55,839 nucleotides of DNA. Source: Burkholderiales bacterium (GTDB lineage: Bacteria > Pseudomonadota > Gammaproteobacteria > Burkholderiales > SG8-41). The stretch covers positions 1-55,839 of the forward strand of contig JBMTEY010000002.1 of the NCBI GenBank assembly GCA_049433545.1, in the 5' to 3' direction. How positions within the stretch are numbered: the stretch's first letter is position 1; each line of letters opens with the position of its first letter. Of this stretch, positions 9,379 through 22,996 are shown one piece after another. The notes beneath the pieces are model-generated. The model saw nothing but the letters and a program-made list of their open reading frames with translations, searched no databases and had not been told where the DNA came from. Made by a program: the position numbers and the translations under genes.

Positions 9379-9629
9379 TCACGCTGCTGTATTTCGCGCG
9401 GCTGCGCGAGGCATTGGGCAGCGGCCGCGAGCAGATCGCTCTGCCGGCTGGCGTGGTCACGCTGGGTGCGCTGCGCGCGCATCTCGCGCAGCGCGGCGGA
9501 GCGTGGGCGATCGAGATGGCAGAAGGCCGCAACCTGCGCGCGGCGGTGAACCAGAATGTCGCTGCTGCGGATGCACCGCTGAAGGATGGCGACGAGGTAG
9601 CTTTTTTTCCGCCGGTCACCGGAGGCTGA
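9375..9629 (+). CDS. moaD: Molybdopterin synthase sulfur carrier subunit
   Basis: LYFARLRE...DGDEVAFFPPVTGG, ending in Gly-Gly. Confidence 0.96.
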   Translation: MITLLYFARLREALGSGREQIALPAGVVTLGALRAHLAQRGGAWAIEMAEGRNLRAAVNQNVAAADAPLKDGDEVAFFPPVTGG

Positions 9630-9633
9630 TGCG

Positions 9634-10086
9634 ATGAATGTCAGGGTGCAAGAGCAGGATTTCGACATCAGCGCCGAGATTGCCGCGATGCGCGACGGCA
9701 ATCCGAAAATCGGCGCTATTGCCAGCTTCGTCGGCGTGGTGCGCGACGTCAACGACGGCGACAGCGTGGCGACGATGACGCTGGAGCATTACCCCGGCAT
9801 GACCGAAAAATCGATCGCCGCGATCATCGACCAGGCGCGCGGGCGCTGGGAGGTGCTCGACGCGTTGGTGATCCACCGTGTCGGCACTTTGAAACCCACC
9901 GACCAGATCGTGCTGGTGATAGTCGCCAGTACACACCGCGGCGATGCCTTCGCTGCCTGCGAATTCATCATGGATTACCTGAAGACGCAGGCGCCGTTCT
10001 GGAAAAAGGAAATCACTCCGCAGGGCGGGCGCTGGGTGGATGCCCGGGTGACGGACGACAAGGCCGCGGAACGCTGGAAGACCTGA
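9634..10086 (+). CDS. moaE: Molybdopterin synthase catalytic subunit
   Basis: LEHYPGMTE, HRVG, MDYLKTQAPFWKKE. Confidence 0.96.
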   Translation: MNVRVQEQDFDISAEIAAMRDGNPKIGAIASFVGVVRDVNDGDSVATMTLEHYPGMTEKSIAAIIDQARGRWEVLDALVIHRVGTLKPTDQIVLVIVASTHRGDAFAACEFIMDYLKTQAPFWKKEITPQGGRWVDARVTDDKAAERWKT

Positions 10087-10142
10087 GCTGCGGCTCAAAT
10101 AAAAATAAATGAAAACATCGGGTTAAATGCTCCGCCCAAATA

Positions 10143-12502
<2,360 letters not shown>

Positions 12503-12713
12503 TTGCAGGAGCAGGCGCTGTCGTCCCACAAGGGCGGCGGCGCGACCGCTGTGCCGCCTCACGAGGGTTGCGCGGGATGGGGAAGCGGGCGTAACGGATG
12601 TTCCGCCTGGTTTTTGAGGATACAGAAGGCGTGCTGCCGACGATTGCCCGGTCCAGCGCCGTCAATGCGCGATAAAATGATGGCGTTATTTCCCCGCAGG
12701 CATGAGGTGTGAC

Positions 12714-13139
12714 ATGACGGACCTGACACTGCGACGCATGGTGGGTTCTGCGCTGGTGCTGCTGTTTGTGTACCAGGCTGCGACCGCGGTCATCGGACTG
12801 GCGAATGCCGCGGCCGGCGGGGCGACCGCGGTGTTTGTTGCCGCGGTGACTTTTTTCTGCGCGCAGCGCGCGAATGCCGGTTCCGGGAATAAAATCTGGT
12901 TCATGGTGCCGGCAGTGCTGTTCACGGTGCTGCCGCTGGCGCTCGAAGTCTGGGATCTGTACTCCAGCGAGACTAGCATGTTGATGTGGTTCGTGGCCTT
13001 CACGCCGCTGTTCGTGGGTTTTCTGCTGCCGGCATTGCTGTTGTGGCTGACCTATGCCGAGCTGCGCCGCCGGACCCGTGTGCCGCCGCTGCCGGCCGTG
13101 GTCGAGAATGATGTAGTCAACAAAAACAATAACTTATGA
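12714..13139 (+). CDS. Hypothetical membrane protein (~4 TM)
   Basis: Four hydrophobic stretches; GAGG before ATG 12714; no family recognised. Confidence 0.6.
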   Translation: MTDLTLRRMVGSALVLLFVYQAATAVIGLANAAAGGATAVFVAAVTFFCAQRANAGSGNKIWFMVPAVLFTVLPLALEVWDLYSSETSMLMWFVAFTPLFVGFLLPALLLWLTYAELRRRTRVPPLPAVVENDVVNKNNNL

Positions 13140-13186
13140 TTACTCTAATTGCTGTTTATTAATCTGTATTCTTCAAGGAGAAAGCA

Positions 13187-13474
13187 ATGTCGAGCGTTGG
13201 TTACCACGAGCCCATGGCAGAACTGTCCGATGAAACCCGCGACATGCATCGCGCGATCGTGTCGCTGATGGAGGAATTCGAGGCGGTGGACTGGTACAAC
13301 CAGCGCGCGGATGCGTGCAAGGATCCGGAGCTGAAGGCGATCCTTGCGCACAACCGCGACGAAGAAAAGGAACATGCGGCAATGGTGCTGGAGTGGATAC
13401 GCCGCAGGGATCCAGTGTTCTCGAAAGAACTGAAGGATTTCATGTTCACCAGCAAGCCGATCACGCACGAGTAG
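13187..13474 (+). CDS. Encapsulin-associated ferritin-like protein (EncFtn/Flp family), short form
   Basis: YHEP...DMHRAIVSLMEEFEAVDWYNQR...AHNRDEEKEHAAMVLEWIRR carries the EncFtn ferroxidase motifs; SD AAGGAG. Confidence 0.88.
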   Translation: MSSVGYHEPMAELSDETRDMHRAIVSLMEEFEAVDWYNQRADACKDPELKAILAHNRDEEKEHAAMVLEWIRRRDPVFSKELKDFMFTSKPITHE

Positions 13475-13508
13475 TCCGCGTGCCCTTGCATGGACCGGAG
13501 GAGGCGCC

Positions 13509-13754
13509 ATGACCATCGATATCGTGCGTGACGTACTGCTGTGGTGCACCGTGATCAATTACGGTCTGCTGCTGTGGTGGTTCCTGACCTTCGTGCTGAT
13601 GCATGACTGGATGTACCGTTTCCACGGCCGCTGGTTCCGCCTGTCGGTCGAACAGTTCGACGCCATCCATTACGCCGGCATGGCGGTGTACAAGATCGGC
13701 ATATTCCTGCTTAACCTGATGCCGTACCTGGCGCTGCGCATCGTTGCCGGTTGA
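13509..13754 (+). CDS. Small membrane protein, DUF6868-like
   Basis: LLWCTVINYGLL...WFRLSVEQFDAIHYAGMAVYKIGIFLLNLMPYLAL; SD GGAGG. Confidence 0.7.
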   Translation: MTIDIVRDVLLWCTVINYGLLLWWFLTFVLMHDWMYRFHGRWFRLSVEQFDAIHYAGMAVYKIGIFLLNLMPYLALRIVAG

Positions 13755-13761
13755 TCCGGCC

Positions 13762-15033
13762 TCAGGACACGACGGCGAGTTCATCCCAGGCCGTGGTATA
13801 GCGCGGCGACCGGCGCGCCGACTGCATGCGCCAGGGCTGGCGGATGCCCGCTCCGGCGAAGGTCGCGGTGTTCATGCCGTAGATCCTGTTGATGCGGTCC
13901 ATGGCCATCATCAGTCGCCTTGAGCGCGGTCGTTCGTAACCCGAGAACAGATCAGCCTGAATGTTTCCGGCCGATCGCAGTCTGCCGAGCCAGATGCCGG
14001 TTTTCTTGTAGCGGTACCCCGGTCGCCAGATACGCTCGAGGCCAAACAGCGCCGCCGCGCTGATCCTGCGGGTGTCGTCGCTGGCGACTGTCAGCGATAC
14101 CGCGGAGGAGACGTTGTGGCGCTTCGCGGCGTCGCCAAATTGTCCGGTTTCGACATACACCCCGACCTCTGCACACAGGGAATTCTGCGCGCGAAGCCGT
14201 TCGGCGGCACGAATGGCGTAACTGGCGACTGCCTCACGCAGTTCGGCCAGCTCGGTCACCGGCCGGCCGAAACTGCGGCTGGCGGCGATTTGTCCGCGCC
14301 GCACCGCTGAAGCTTCCAGTTCGATGCAGGGCACGCCGTTGAGTTCCGCCACCGTGCGTTCGAGGACCACGCCGAAGTGACCGCGGATGCGTTTCGCGGG
14401 CGCGCGCTGCAGGTCGAGGGCGCTGCGGATGCCCAGTTCCCGCAGTCGCGGCGCCAGGCGGCGGCCCACGCCCCAGATTTCGGATACGTCGAGCACACCC
14501 ATGATGGTCTCGCGTTCCCCGGTTGCGTGCATGTCCCAGTCGAACACGCCGCCGTACTGCGCGCAGGTCTTTGCGACATGGTTGGCGAGCTTGGCCAGCG
14601 TTTTCGTGCCGCCGACGCCAACACAGGTAGTGATGCCGAGACAGCGGCGGATGCGGTCGCGGATGCCATGGCCATATGTCACGATGCCCACGTTCATGCC
14701 GCTGAAATCAAGAAAACACTCGTCGATGGAATAGACCTCCTGCCGCGGCGCGAATTCGCCGAGCAGTGTCATCATGCGCGCGCTGATGTCGCCATAGAGT
14801 GCGTAATTGGAACTGAGCCATACCAGGCCATGGCTTTTCACCAGCGCCCGCACTTCGAAAAACGGCACACCCATGCGGATACCCAGCGCCTTGGCTTCGG
14901 CGCTGCGCGACACCACGCAGCCGTCGTTGTTGGACAGCACCACCACGGGACGGCTTTCGAGTGCCGGGTTGAATATGCGCTCGCAGGAAACGTAGAAATT
15001 GTTGCCGTCGACCAGCGCGATGGCGCGTTTCAC
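13762..15033 (-). CDS. umuC: Y-family DNA polymerase V catalytic subunit
   Basis: [32 protein letters not shown]-terminal SPRYTTAW. Confidence 0.94.
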   Translation of the reverse strand: MKRAIALVDGNNFYVSCERIFNPALESRPVVVLSNNDGCVVSRSAEAKALGIRMGVPFFEVRALVKSHGLVWLSSNYALYGDISARMMTLLGEFAPRQEVYSIDECFLDFSGMNVGIVTYGHGIRDRIRRCLGITTCVGVGGTKTLAKLANHVAKTCAQYGGVFDWDMHATGERETIMGVLDVSEIWGVGRRLAPRLRELGIRSALDLQRAPAKRIRGHFGVVLERTVAELNGVPCIELEASAVRRGQIAASRSFGRPVTELAELREAVASYAIRAAERLRAQNSLCAEVGVYVETGQFGDAAKRHNVSSAVSLTVASDDTRRISAAALFGLERIWRPGYRYKKTGIWLGRLRSAGNIQADLFSGYERPRSRRLMMAMDRINRIYGMNTATFAGAGIRQPWRMQSARRSPRYTTAWDELAVVS

Positions 15034-15491
15034 GGTGTGTGCTCCACGTAGGCGACCACGCCCCAGATCTGCAGGTCCCGGTCTTCGCCGACAGTGATTG
15101 CAGGATAGGCGGGGTTTTCGGATTTCAGCGTGATCCGGCCCTGCCTGCGTTGCAGGCGCTTGACGGTCAGTTCGCCGTCTAGGGCCGCCACCACCACGCG
15201 GCCGGAGGCGGGCTCCAGCGAGCGGTCGACGACCAGCAGGTCGCCGTCGTGGATGCCGGCGCCGGTCATGGAGTCGCCTTTGACGCGCATGAAGAACGTG
15301 GCTTCCGGATGCAGCACCAGATATTCGGTCAGGTCGAGGCGGCGCTCGACATGGTCGGTGGCGGGCAAGGGGAAGCCGGCTGCCGCCTTGCCCGCGGCCA
15401 GCGGCAGGCGCATGTCGCGGCCGGGGGCTGCGGGGCGCGCTGCGTCCGGGGCCGGCAAGATGGCTGTGGCGATGATGCGGCTGGGAATCAT
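15030..15491 (-). CDS. umuD: DNA polymerase V autoproteolytic subunit
   Basis: AAGFP cleavage region, VKGDSM (catalytic Ser), TVKRL (catalytic Lys), IWGVV; adjacent to umuC. Confidence 0.9.
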   Translation of the reverse strand: MIPSRIIATAILPAPDAARPAAPGRDMRLPLAAGKAAAGFPLPATDHVERRLDLTEYLVLHPEATFFMRVKGDSMTGAGIHDGDLLVVDRSLEPASGRVVVAALDGELTVKRLQRRQGRITLKSENPAYPAITVGEDRDLQIWGVVAYVEHTP

Positions 15492-15494
15492 GGG

Positions 15495-15510
15495 CTGTAA
15501 TTATATACAG
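15495..15510. promoter_or_regulatory. LexA SOS box
   Basis: CTGTAATTATATACAG = CTGT-N8-ACAG, 3 bp upstream of the umuD start and overlapping a minus-strand TATAAT. Confidence 0.9.
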
Positions 15511-15596
15511 TTATTTTTCGGGCAGACGCCGTGACGGCATGGGGCTGGAAGGGCGGGCGCGATAAAATAGGCGCTTCACGCATCAGGAGGCAGGCC

Positions 15597-17153
15597 ATGG
15601 ACGACGGTGTCATCACCATCAAGGACAAACCCGCAGCGGGCCCGGTTATCCGGCTGCACGACAACGACAACGTGCTGATCGCGCGCAGCGACATTGCGAT
15701 CGGCACCAGGATCGAGGGCGGCCTGACTGCGAAAAGCCAGGTTCCGGCCGGCCACAAGATCGCCGCGCGCGCGATCAAGAAAGGGGAGCCGATACTCAAG
15801 TACGCCGTGACCATCGGTTTCGCATCTGCCGACATTCCGGCCGGCACCTACGTGCATTCGCACAATCTTGAGTTCCGCGAGTTTGATCGTGATTACGCCT
15901 ACGCCCGCGACTACAAGCCCGAGGACATGATCCCGGAAGCGCAGCGCGCCAGTTTCATGGGCATCGTGCGCAAGAACGGCCAGGTGGCGACGCGAAATTA
16001 CCTGGGCGTGCTGGCTTCGGTGAACTGTTCAGCGACGGTGGCGCACCGCATCGCCGAATATTTCACCCCCGAGCGCCTTGCCGACTACCCGAACATTGAC
16101 GGCGTGTGCGCTTTCGCCCACGGTACCGGCTGCGGCATGGAAATGACCGGCGAGCCGATGGACCTGCTGCGGCGGACCATGTCCGGTTATGCCACGCATG
16201 CCAACCTGGCCGGCGCGCTGATTGTCGGCCTCGGCTGCGAGCGCAACCAGATCAAGGGGCTGATGAAGGAGCAGGGGCTCGACGTCAGCGACCGGCTCAA
16301 GACTTTCGTGATGCAGGAGACCGGCGGCACGCGCAAGACCATCGAGGCTGGCATTGCCGCGCTGAAGGAAATGCTGCCGGAAGCGAACAGGGTGGTGCGC
16401 CAGAAAGTGCCGGCGAGCCACCTGATGATCGGCCTGCAGTGCGGCGGTTCCGACGGATTTTCGTCGATCACCGCCAATCCCGCGCTGGGCGCGGCGATGG
16501 ACCTGCTGGCGCGCCACGGCGGCACTTACATCCTGTCGGAAACGCCGGAAATCTACGGCGTTGAGCACACGCTGACGCGTCGCGCGAAGACCAAGGAGGT
16601 CGGCGAGAAGCTGATCGAGCGCATCCGCTGGTGGAAAGATGTTTATACCGTCGGTCGCGACACCCAGATCAATGGCGTGGTCAGTCCCGGCAACCAGCAC
16701 GGCGGCCTTGCCAACATTTTCGAGAAGTCGCTGGGTTCGTCGATGAAGGGAGGCACCGGTCCGCTGAACGCGGTGTACCGCTATGCAGAACCGGTGAAGG
16801 AGAAGGGTTTCGTGTTCATGGACACGCCGGGCTTCGACCCGACTTCGGCCACCGGGCAGATCGCCGGCGGCGCCAACATGATCATGTTCACCACCGGCCG
16901 CGGTTCGATGTTCGGCGCCAAGCCGGTGCCGTCGATCAAGCTCGCCACCAACACGCCGATGTACACCAAGCTCACCGAGGACATGGACATCAACTGCGGC
17001 GAAATACTCGACGGCAGCAAGTCGCTGTCGCAGAAAGCGCAGGAAATCTTCGACCTGATGCTGCGTACCGCCTCGGGCGATAAAACCAAGAGCGAGTTGC
17101 TGGGGCTGGGCGATTACGAGTATGTGCCCTGGAACATAGGGGTCACCGGCTGA
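15597..17153 (+). CDS. UxaA/GarD-family (altronate/galactarate-type) dehydratase with N-terminal SAF domain
   Basis: PAGHKIA, VHSHNL, ATRNY, HGTGCG, LQCGGSDGFS, FEKSLG, FTTGRGS; start ATG 15597 after AGGAGG. Confidence 0.9.
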   Translation: MDDGVITIKDKPAAGPVIRLHDNDNVLIARSDIAIGTRIEGGLTAKSQVPAGHKIAARAIKKGEPILKYAVTIGFASADIPAGTYVHSHNLEFREFDRDYAYARDYKPEDMIPEAQRASFMGIVRKNGQVATRNYLGVLASVNCSATVAHRIAEYFTPERLADYPNIDGVCAFAHGTGCGMEMTGEPMDLLRRTMSGYATHANLAGALIVGLGCERNQIKGLMKEQGLDVSDRLKTFVMQETGGTRKTIEAGIAALKEMLPEANRVVRQKVPASHLMIGLQCGGSDGFSSITANPALGAAMDLLARHGGTYILSETPEIYGVEHTLTRRAKTKEVGEKLIERIRWWKDVYTVGRDTQINGVVSPGNQHGGLANIFEKSLGSSMKGGTGPLNAVYRYAEPVKEKGFVFMDTPGFDPTSATGQIAGGANMIMFTTGRGSMFGAKPVPSIKLATNTPMYTKLTEDMDINCGEILDGSKSLSQKAQEIFDLMLRTASGDKTKSELLGLGDYEYVPWNIGVTG

Positions 17154-17163
17154 GGCGTTCGTA

Positions 17164-17547
17164 ATGAGCGCCGCAAGTTTTGCCGCAGTCGGCATCGGCG
17201 CTGCGCTGGGTGCGTGGTCGCGCTGGGGCGTGTCGGTCGCGCTGAATCACCTCGTTCCGGCATTGCCGATGGGCACGCTGGCCGCCAATCTTGCCGGCGG
17301 TTTCCTGATCGGCGCGGCCTTTGAATGGTTCATGCAGCATGCGGCGCTGCCCGCCGAATACCGCCTGTTTTTCATCACCGGTTTCCTCGGCAGCCTGACC
17401 ACCTTCTCGGCGTTTTCTCTGGAGGCGGTGATGCTGCTGCAGCAGGCGCGCTACGGCTGGGCGATGCTGCTGATCGGCAGCCACCTCATCGGATCGCTGG
17501 CGATGACCCTGCTGGGAATTTTTCTGGTGCGTACGCTGGCTGCGTAG
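17164..17547 (+). CDS. crcB: Fluoride efflux channel CrcB/Fluc
   Basis: GAALGAWSR, PMGTLAANL, TGFLGSLTTFSAFS. Confidence 0.93.
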   Translation: MSAASFAAVGIGAALGAWSRWGVSVALNHLVPALPMGTLAANLAGGFLIGAAFEWFMQHAALPAEYRLFFITGFLGSLTTFSAFSLEAVMLLQQARYGWAMLLIGSHLIGSLAMTLLGIFLVRTLAA

Positions 17548-17552
17548 CGGGT

Positions 17553-19040
17553 TCAGGCCCGGTTCAGCAGGATCCTCGCAGCATCGATGACTTCGCCGGC
17601 CGTCAGGCCGATCGGGCCGGTGCCATTTTCAACCAGCCGGTCTGCTGCGGCGCCGTGCAGGTAGACAGCCGCAGTCAGCGCGTGGCGTTCATCGACACCC
17701 TGCGCCAGCAGCGCCGCGATGATGCCGCTCAGCACGTCACCCATGCCCGCGGCAGCCATGCCGGGATTGCCCGAAGTGTTGATCGCCCAGTGGCCGTCGG
17801 GCCAGGCGCAAATGCTGCCACAGCCCTTGAGCACCACGCCGGCATTGAATTCCGCGGCGAGCCGCAACGCCGTGCCGACGCGGTCGCGCTGCACTTCATC
17901 CACGCTGCAGGCCAGCAGGCGCGCGGCCTCCGCCGGATGCGGCGTCAGGATCGTCGGTGCCGTTCTTTGCTTCAGCTTCGAGCTCTGCGCCTCGAACATC
18001 GCGACCATGTTCAGTGCATCGGCATCGAGCAGCAGCGGGATGTTTTTTTCCAGCGCCCAGTCGAGATATTCCAGTGCGTCCGGCGTGTTGCCGAGGCCGG
18101 GACCGACGGCCAGTGCAGTCAGATGGTCCAGGCGCAGTACGTCGTCTGCGGGGCGCAGCATCAGTTCCGGCTGCAGTGGATCAAGCAGCGGGATGTCGTC
18201 GGCGAGCAGCCCGGCGTAAACACGGCCGGCGCCGCATTTCAGTGCTGCGCGACCTGCGAGCAGCGCGGCGCCGCTCATGCCGTGCGTGCCGCCGACGATG
18301 CCGGCGCTGCCGTAGCTGCCTTTGTGCGAATTGCGCGGCCGCGGCGGCAGCAGGTGCTTGAGCACGCCGTCTGCGATCAGCACGCCGTGCGGAGCGGCGC
18401 CGACGGCATCCGCCAGGCCGAGATCGGCGACCTGGATTTCACCGCAGAGATCGGGGCCGTCCAGAGTCAGCAGGCCGGGCTTGAGCGCGATGAAGGTGAT
18501 GGTGTGGCTGGCCTCTATCGCGCAGCCCATGATGCGACCGGTCTCGGCATCGAGACCGCTGGGCAGGTCCAGCGCCAGCACCGGTACCGGCAGTGCATTA
18601 ATCTCCTCGATCAGCGCGGCGTACGGTCCTTCCGGATCGCGCCTGAGCCCGATGCCGAACAGGCCGTCGACCACCAGCCCCCAGTCCTGCGCCGGCGGGA
18701 TGGCCATTGCCATGCTGCCGCCGGCCTTGCGCCAAGCCTGCAGCGCTGCAGCCGCATCGCCGGAATACTTCTTCGGATCTCCGCTGCATACCACGGTAAC
18801 CGCGAACCACCATTGCTTCAGGTAACGCGCGACGACCAGCGCATCGCCGCCGTTGTTGCCGGGACCGGCGAGGATCAGCACGGGTTTGCCATGGTCGCCG
18901 GCGAGCCTGCGCGCGACTTCCGCGGCGGCGCGGCCGGCACGCTCCATCAGCGGCAGGGGATTGCGGCCCGACAGCGCGGCCTGTTCGACGTTGCGAAGCG
19001 CGTCGGCCCGGAGCAGCGGCGCGGCATGGTGGAGTTTCAT
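17553..19040 (-). CDS. nnr: Bifunctional NAD(P)H-hydrate epimerase/dehydratase (YjeF)
   Basis: [43 protein letters not shown]; start uncertain between 19040 and 19115. Confidence 0.92.
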   Translation of the reverse strand: MKLHHAAPLLRADALRNVEQAALSGRNPLPLMERAGRAAAEVARRLAGDHGKPVLILAGPGNNGGDALVVARYLKQWWFAVTVVCSGDPKKYSGDAAAALQAWRKAGGSMAMAIPPAQDWGLVVDGLFGIGLRRDPEGPYAALIEEINALPVPVLALDLPSGLDAETGRIMGCAIEASHTITFIALKPGLLTLDGPDLCGEIQVADLGLADAVGAAPHGVLIADGVLKHLLPPRPRNSHKGSYGSAGIVGGTHGMSGAALLAGRAALKCGAGRVYAGLLADDIPLLDPLQPELMLRPADDVLRLDHLTALAVGPGLGNTPDALEYLDWALEKNIPLLLDADALNMVAMFEAQSSKLKQRTAPTILTPHPAEAARLLACSVDEVQRDRVGTALRLAAEFNAGVVLKGCGSICAWPDGHWAINTSGNPGMAAAGMGDVLSGIIAALLAQGVDERHALTAAVYLHGAAADRLVENGTGPIGLTAGEVIDAARILLNRA

Positions 19041-19120
19041 GGTGCGCAAGTTTAACGCATGCATCCCTGCGGAAGGCGGCGCGTTCGGGTAAAATCGCGC
19101 TTTCCGATCCTTCATTGATC

Positions 19121-22100
19121 ATGCCGCATTTCCTACGCCTGAGAGGACGCGATGCCCTCTCGGCATTTCGCCGGAAAAAACTGCTGCAGGCCGCCGCCGG
19201 AATTCCCGACCTGCAGGTCGCTGCCGAATACTGGCACTTCATCCGCTTCAACGATGCGCCGGATCACTCGGCAAAGCAGAAGCTTGAACGCATCCTGACC
19301 TATGGTCCCGCCACCGCGCCGGTGCTGCAGCAGGGCACGCTGCTGCTGGTGACGCCGCGGCTGGGCACGATTTCGCCGTGGTCCTCGAAAGCCACCGACA
19401 TAGCGCGGCACTGCGGCCTGCCCGGGGTGGAGCGCATCGAACGCGGCGTGGCCTGGTGGTGCGGCCGCGCCGGCAAACCGCTGGATGCCGGAGAACGCGC
19501 GCTGCTGCTGCCGCTCATTCATGATCGCATGACCGAATCGGTTCTCGACAGTCTGGATGCCGCCGAAGCGCTGTTCCGCCGCATGGATCCGAATCCGCTG
19601 GCCACTGTGGATGTCATCGGCGGCGGGCGCGCCGCGTTGACGCAGGCGAACAGCGGCATGGGTCTCGCGCTGTCGCCCGACGAGATCGATTACCTGCTTG
19701 AAAACTTTACGCGCATGGGCCGCAACCCGACCGACGTCGAACTGATGATGTTCGCGCAGGCCAATTCCGAGCACTGCCGGCACAAGATTTTCAACGCCGA
19801 CTGGATCGTCGACGGCGAAAAGCAGGATCGTTCGCTGTTCGGCATGATCCGCACCACTCACGAAAAACACCCGCAGGGCACGGTTGTGGCCTATTCCGAC
19901 AATTCGTCGGTGATCGAAGGCGCAGAGATCGAGCGTTTTTATCCGGGCGAGGGTGGCGCTTATGGCTACAACCGCGAGCTGACGCATGTCCTGATGAAGG
20001 TCGAGACCCATAATCACCCGACGGCGATCTCGCCGTTTCCAGGTGCGGCGACAGGATCCGGCGGCGAGATCCGCGATGAAGGTGCGACCGGCCGCGGCGC
20101 GAAACCCAAGGCCGGGCTTACCGGTTTTTCGGTGTCCAACCTGCGCATACCCGGGTTCGAGCAGCCGTGGGAAACCAACCCGGTCGGTCGGCCGGGACGC
20201 ATTGCATCTGCGCTGCAGATCATGCTCGACGGGCCGATAGGAGGCGCGTCGTTCAACAATGAATTCGGTCGGCCCAACATTGCCGGTTATTTCCGCAGCT
20301 ACGAGCAGCGCGTCGGCGGCGAAGTGCGCGGTTACCACAAGCCGATCATGATTGCCGGCGGACTCGGCAACATCGCCGCCCGGCATACTGCCAAACATCC
20401 ACTGCCGGAAGGCGCGTTGCTGATCCAGCTCGGCGGCCCCGGCATGCTGATTGGCCTTGGCGGCGGCGCGGCCTCGAGCATGGATACCGGCAGCAACCAG
20501 GAAGATCTCGATTTCGACTCGGTGCAGCGTGGTAATCCCGAGATCGAACGCCGCGCCCAGGAAGTCATCGACCGTTTCTGGGCGCTGGGCGACGCCAATC
20601 CGGTGTTGTCGATCCATGATGTCGGTGCAGGCGGACTGTCGAACGCGCTGCCGGAACTGGTGCACGGTGCGCATCGCGGCGGAACATTCAGCCTGCGCGA
20701 GGTGCCCAGCGAAGAGCCGGGCATGTCGCCGATGCAGATCTGGTGCAACGAGGCGCAGGAGCGCTACGTGCTGGCGATTGCGCCGGATGAACTGCCGCTG
20801 TTCCGCGCCATCTGCGAACGCGAACGCTGTCCGTTCGCTGTGGTCGGCAGTGCGACAGCCGATGGCCGACTGACCGTCGGCGACGCGGTGTTCGGCAACA
20901 ACCCGGTGGACATGGAACTCGCGGTGCTGCTGGGCAAGCCGCCGAAGATGCTGCGCGACGTGAAGCGCATCGTAAGGGTAGGCCAGGTGTTCGACACCGC
21001 CGCCATCGATATCCGCGAAGCGCTGTACCGCGTGCTGCGGCTGCCGACGGTGGCTGACAAGACTTTCCTGATCAGCATCGGCGACCGCACCGTTGGCGGC
21101 ATGACCGCGCGCGACCAGATGGTCGGGCCATGGCAGGTGCCGGTGGCCGATGTCGCGGTGACCCTGATGGGGTTCAACACTTTCTGCGGCGAAGCGATGG
21201 CGATGGGTGAACGCACGCCGCTGGCGGTGCTCAATCCCGTGGCCTCCGGGCGCATGGCGCTGGGGGAGGCGCTGACCAACATCGCCGCGGCCGCGATCGG
21301 CAAACTCGGCGACGTCAAGCTGTCGGCAAACTGGATGGCTGCGGCTGGGCACCCTGGAGAAGACGCCGCCCTGTTCGATACCGTGCAGGCTGTGGCGATG
21401 GAACTGTGCCCGCAGTTGGGCATCAGCATCCCGGTAGGCAAGGATTCGCTGTCGATGAAGACGGCATGGGGGGGCGGCAAAGTGCAGAAGGAAGTGGTCG
21501 CGCCGCTGTCCCTGATCATTTCTGCGTTCGCGCCGGTCTCCGATGCGCGCCGCACGCTGACGCCACTGCTGCGCCGGGATTGCGGAGAGACTGATCTGCT
21601 GCTGGTCGATCTCGGCGGCGGTCGCAACCGCCTCGGCGGATCGGCGCTGGCGCAGGTCTATGACGCGGTGGGGGATGTGACGCCGGACGTCGACGATGCC
21701 GCCGTCCTGAAGAATTTTTTCACGGTGATTCAGCAGTTGAACGCCCAGGACCTGCTGCTGGCCTATCACGACCGTTCCGACGGCGGCCTGCTGGTCGCCG
21801 TTTGCGAGATGTTGTTTGCGTCGCATTGCGGCGCAAAACTGGATCTTGAGGGTGATGCCGCGGCTCTGCTGTTCAGTGAAGAACTCGGCGCCGTGCTGCA
21901 GGTCAGGTGCGAGCAGCGCTCTGCAGTATTGAAAGTGTTCTCTGCGGCGGGGCTTGCAGCGCATTGCGCGGCGATCGGCGCAGTCGATACCGGTTCCCGT
22001 CTGCGGGTTAGCGTCAACGGGAAAACCATGCTCGATGAATCGCGCATTGACCTGCACCGCGCCTGGTCGGAAACCACCTGCCGGATGCAAATGTTGCGCG

Positions 22101-22993
22101 ACAATCCGGATTGCGCGCAGCAGGAATACGACCGCTTGCTCGATGCCGGCGATCCCGGCATCACGCCGAAGCTGACATTCGACCCGGGTGAAAACATTGT
22201 TGCACCGTTCATCAACCGCGGCGCCAGACCACGCGTTGCGATCCTGCGCGAGCAGGGCGTCAACGGCCAGATCGAAATGGCCGCGGCATTCGACCGCGCC
22301 GGATTTGCCGCTGTCGATGTCCACATGAGCGACATCATCGCCGGCCGCGCCAGCTTGAAGGACTTCAAGGGCTTCGCCGCCTGCGGCGGATTTTCCTACG
22401 GCGACGTGCTGGGGGCGGGTGAGGGCGGGGCGAAATCGATACTGTTCAACGTGCGCGCCCGCGACGGGTTCGAATCTTTTTTCAAACGCAGCGACAGTTT
22501 CGCGCTGGGCGTGTGCAACGGCTGCCAGATGATGAGCAATCTGCACGAGCTGATTCCTGGCGCGGAGCGCTGGCCGCATTTCGTGCGCAACCGCTCGGAG
22601 CAGTTCGAGGCGCGATTCGCGACCGTCGAGGTGCAGGAATCGCCGTCGCTGTTTTTCCAGGGCATGGCGGGCAGCCGCATCCCGGTGGCAGTGGCGCACG
22701 GTGAAGGCTATGCAGAGTTCGCAGATGCGGCGGCGCTGGGTGCGGCGCAGCCGCTGGTGGCACTGCGTTTCGTAGACAACCGCGGTGCGCCGACCGAAAC
22801 CTATCCGCTCAATCCCAACGGCTCACCGCAGGGTATCACCGGGCTGACCACGCCCGACGGCCGTTTCACCATCCTGATGCCGCATCCCGAGCGGGTGTTC
22901 CGCAGCGTGCAGAATTCCTGGCATCCAGCTTCGTGGCCGGATGACGGGCCGTGGCTGCGCATGTTCCGCAATGCGCGGTGCTGGGTCGGCTAG
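19121..22993 (+). CDS. purL: Phosphoribosylformylglycinamidine synthase, large form
   Basis: [36 protein letters not shown]; ~1290 aa. Confidence 0.98.
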   Translation: MPHFLRLRGRDALSAFRRKKLLQAAAGIPDLQVAAEYWHFIRFNDAPDHSAKQKLERILTYGPATAPVLQQGTLLLVTPRLGTISPWSSKATDIARHCGLPGVERIERGVAWWCGRAGKPLDAGERALLLPLIHDRMTESVLDSLDAAEALFRRMDPNPLATVDVIGGGRAALTQANSGMGLALSPDEIDYLLENFTRMGRNPTDVELMMFAQANSEHCRHKIFNADWIVDGEKQDRSLFGMIRTTHEKHPQGTVVAYSDNSSVIEGAEIERFYPGEGGAYGYNRELTHVLMKVETHNHPTAISPFPGAATGSGGEIRDEGATGRGAKPKAGLTGFSVSNLRIPGFEQPWETNPVGRPGRIASALQIMLDGPIGGASFNNEFGRPNIAGYFRSYEQRVGGEVRGYHKPIMIAGGLGNIAARHTAKHPLPEGALLIQLGGPGMLIGLGGGAASSMDTGSNQEDLDFDSVQRGNPEIERRAQEVIDRFWALGDANPVLSIHDVGAGGLSNALPELVHGAHRGGTFSLREVPSEEPGMSPMQIWCNEAQERYVLAIAPDELPLFRAICERERCPFAVVGSATADGRLTVGDAVFGNNPVDMELAVLLGKPPKMLRDVKRIVRVGQVFDTAAIDIREALYRVLRLPTVADKTFLISIGDRTVGGMTARDQMVGPWQVPVADVAVTLMGFNTFCGEAMAMGERTPLAVLNPVASGRMALGEALTNIAAAAIGKLGDVKLSANWMAAAGHPGEDAALFDTVQAVAMELCPQLGISIPVGKDSLSMKTAWGGGKVQKEVVAPLSLIISAFAPVSDARRTLTPLLRRDCGETDLLLVDLGGGRNRLGGSALAQVYDAVGDVTPDVDDAAVLKNFFTVIQQLNAQDLLLAYHDRSDGGLLVAVCEMLFASHCGAKLDLEGDAAALLFSEELGAVLQVRCEQRSAVLKVFSAAGLAAHCAAIGAVDTGSRLRVSVNGKTMLDESRIDLHRAWSETTCRMQMLRDNPDCAQQEYDRLLDAGDPGITPKLTFDPGENIVAPFINRGARPRVAILREQGVNGQIEMAAAFDRAGFAAVDVHMSDIIAGRASLKDFKGFAACGGFSYGDVLGAGEGGAKSILFNVRARDGFESFFKRSDSFALGVCNGCQMMSNLHELIPGAERWPHFVRNRSEQFEARFATVEVQESPSLFFQGMAGSRIPVAVAHGEGYAEFADAAALGAAQPLVALRFVDNRGAPTETYPLNPNGSPQGITGLTTPDGRFTILMPHPERVFRSVQNSWHPASWPDDGPWLRMFRNARCWVG

Positions 22994-22996
22994 GCC

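Noticed and set aside
13130-13170. Fur box upstream of the ferritin-like gene
   Set aside because: AT-rich but a poor match to GATAATGATAATCATTATC; the IHF-like motif explains it better.
17154-17163. Fluoride riboswitch before crcB
   Set aside because: Only 10 bp of intergenic sequence; no room for the aptamer.
17325-19055. 576-aa plus-strand ORF
   Set aside because: Shadow of nnr on the minus strand.
19133-22699. 1188-aa minus-strand ORF
   Set aside because: Antisense shadow of purL; no family motifs.
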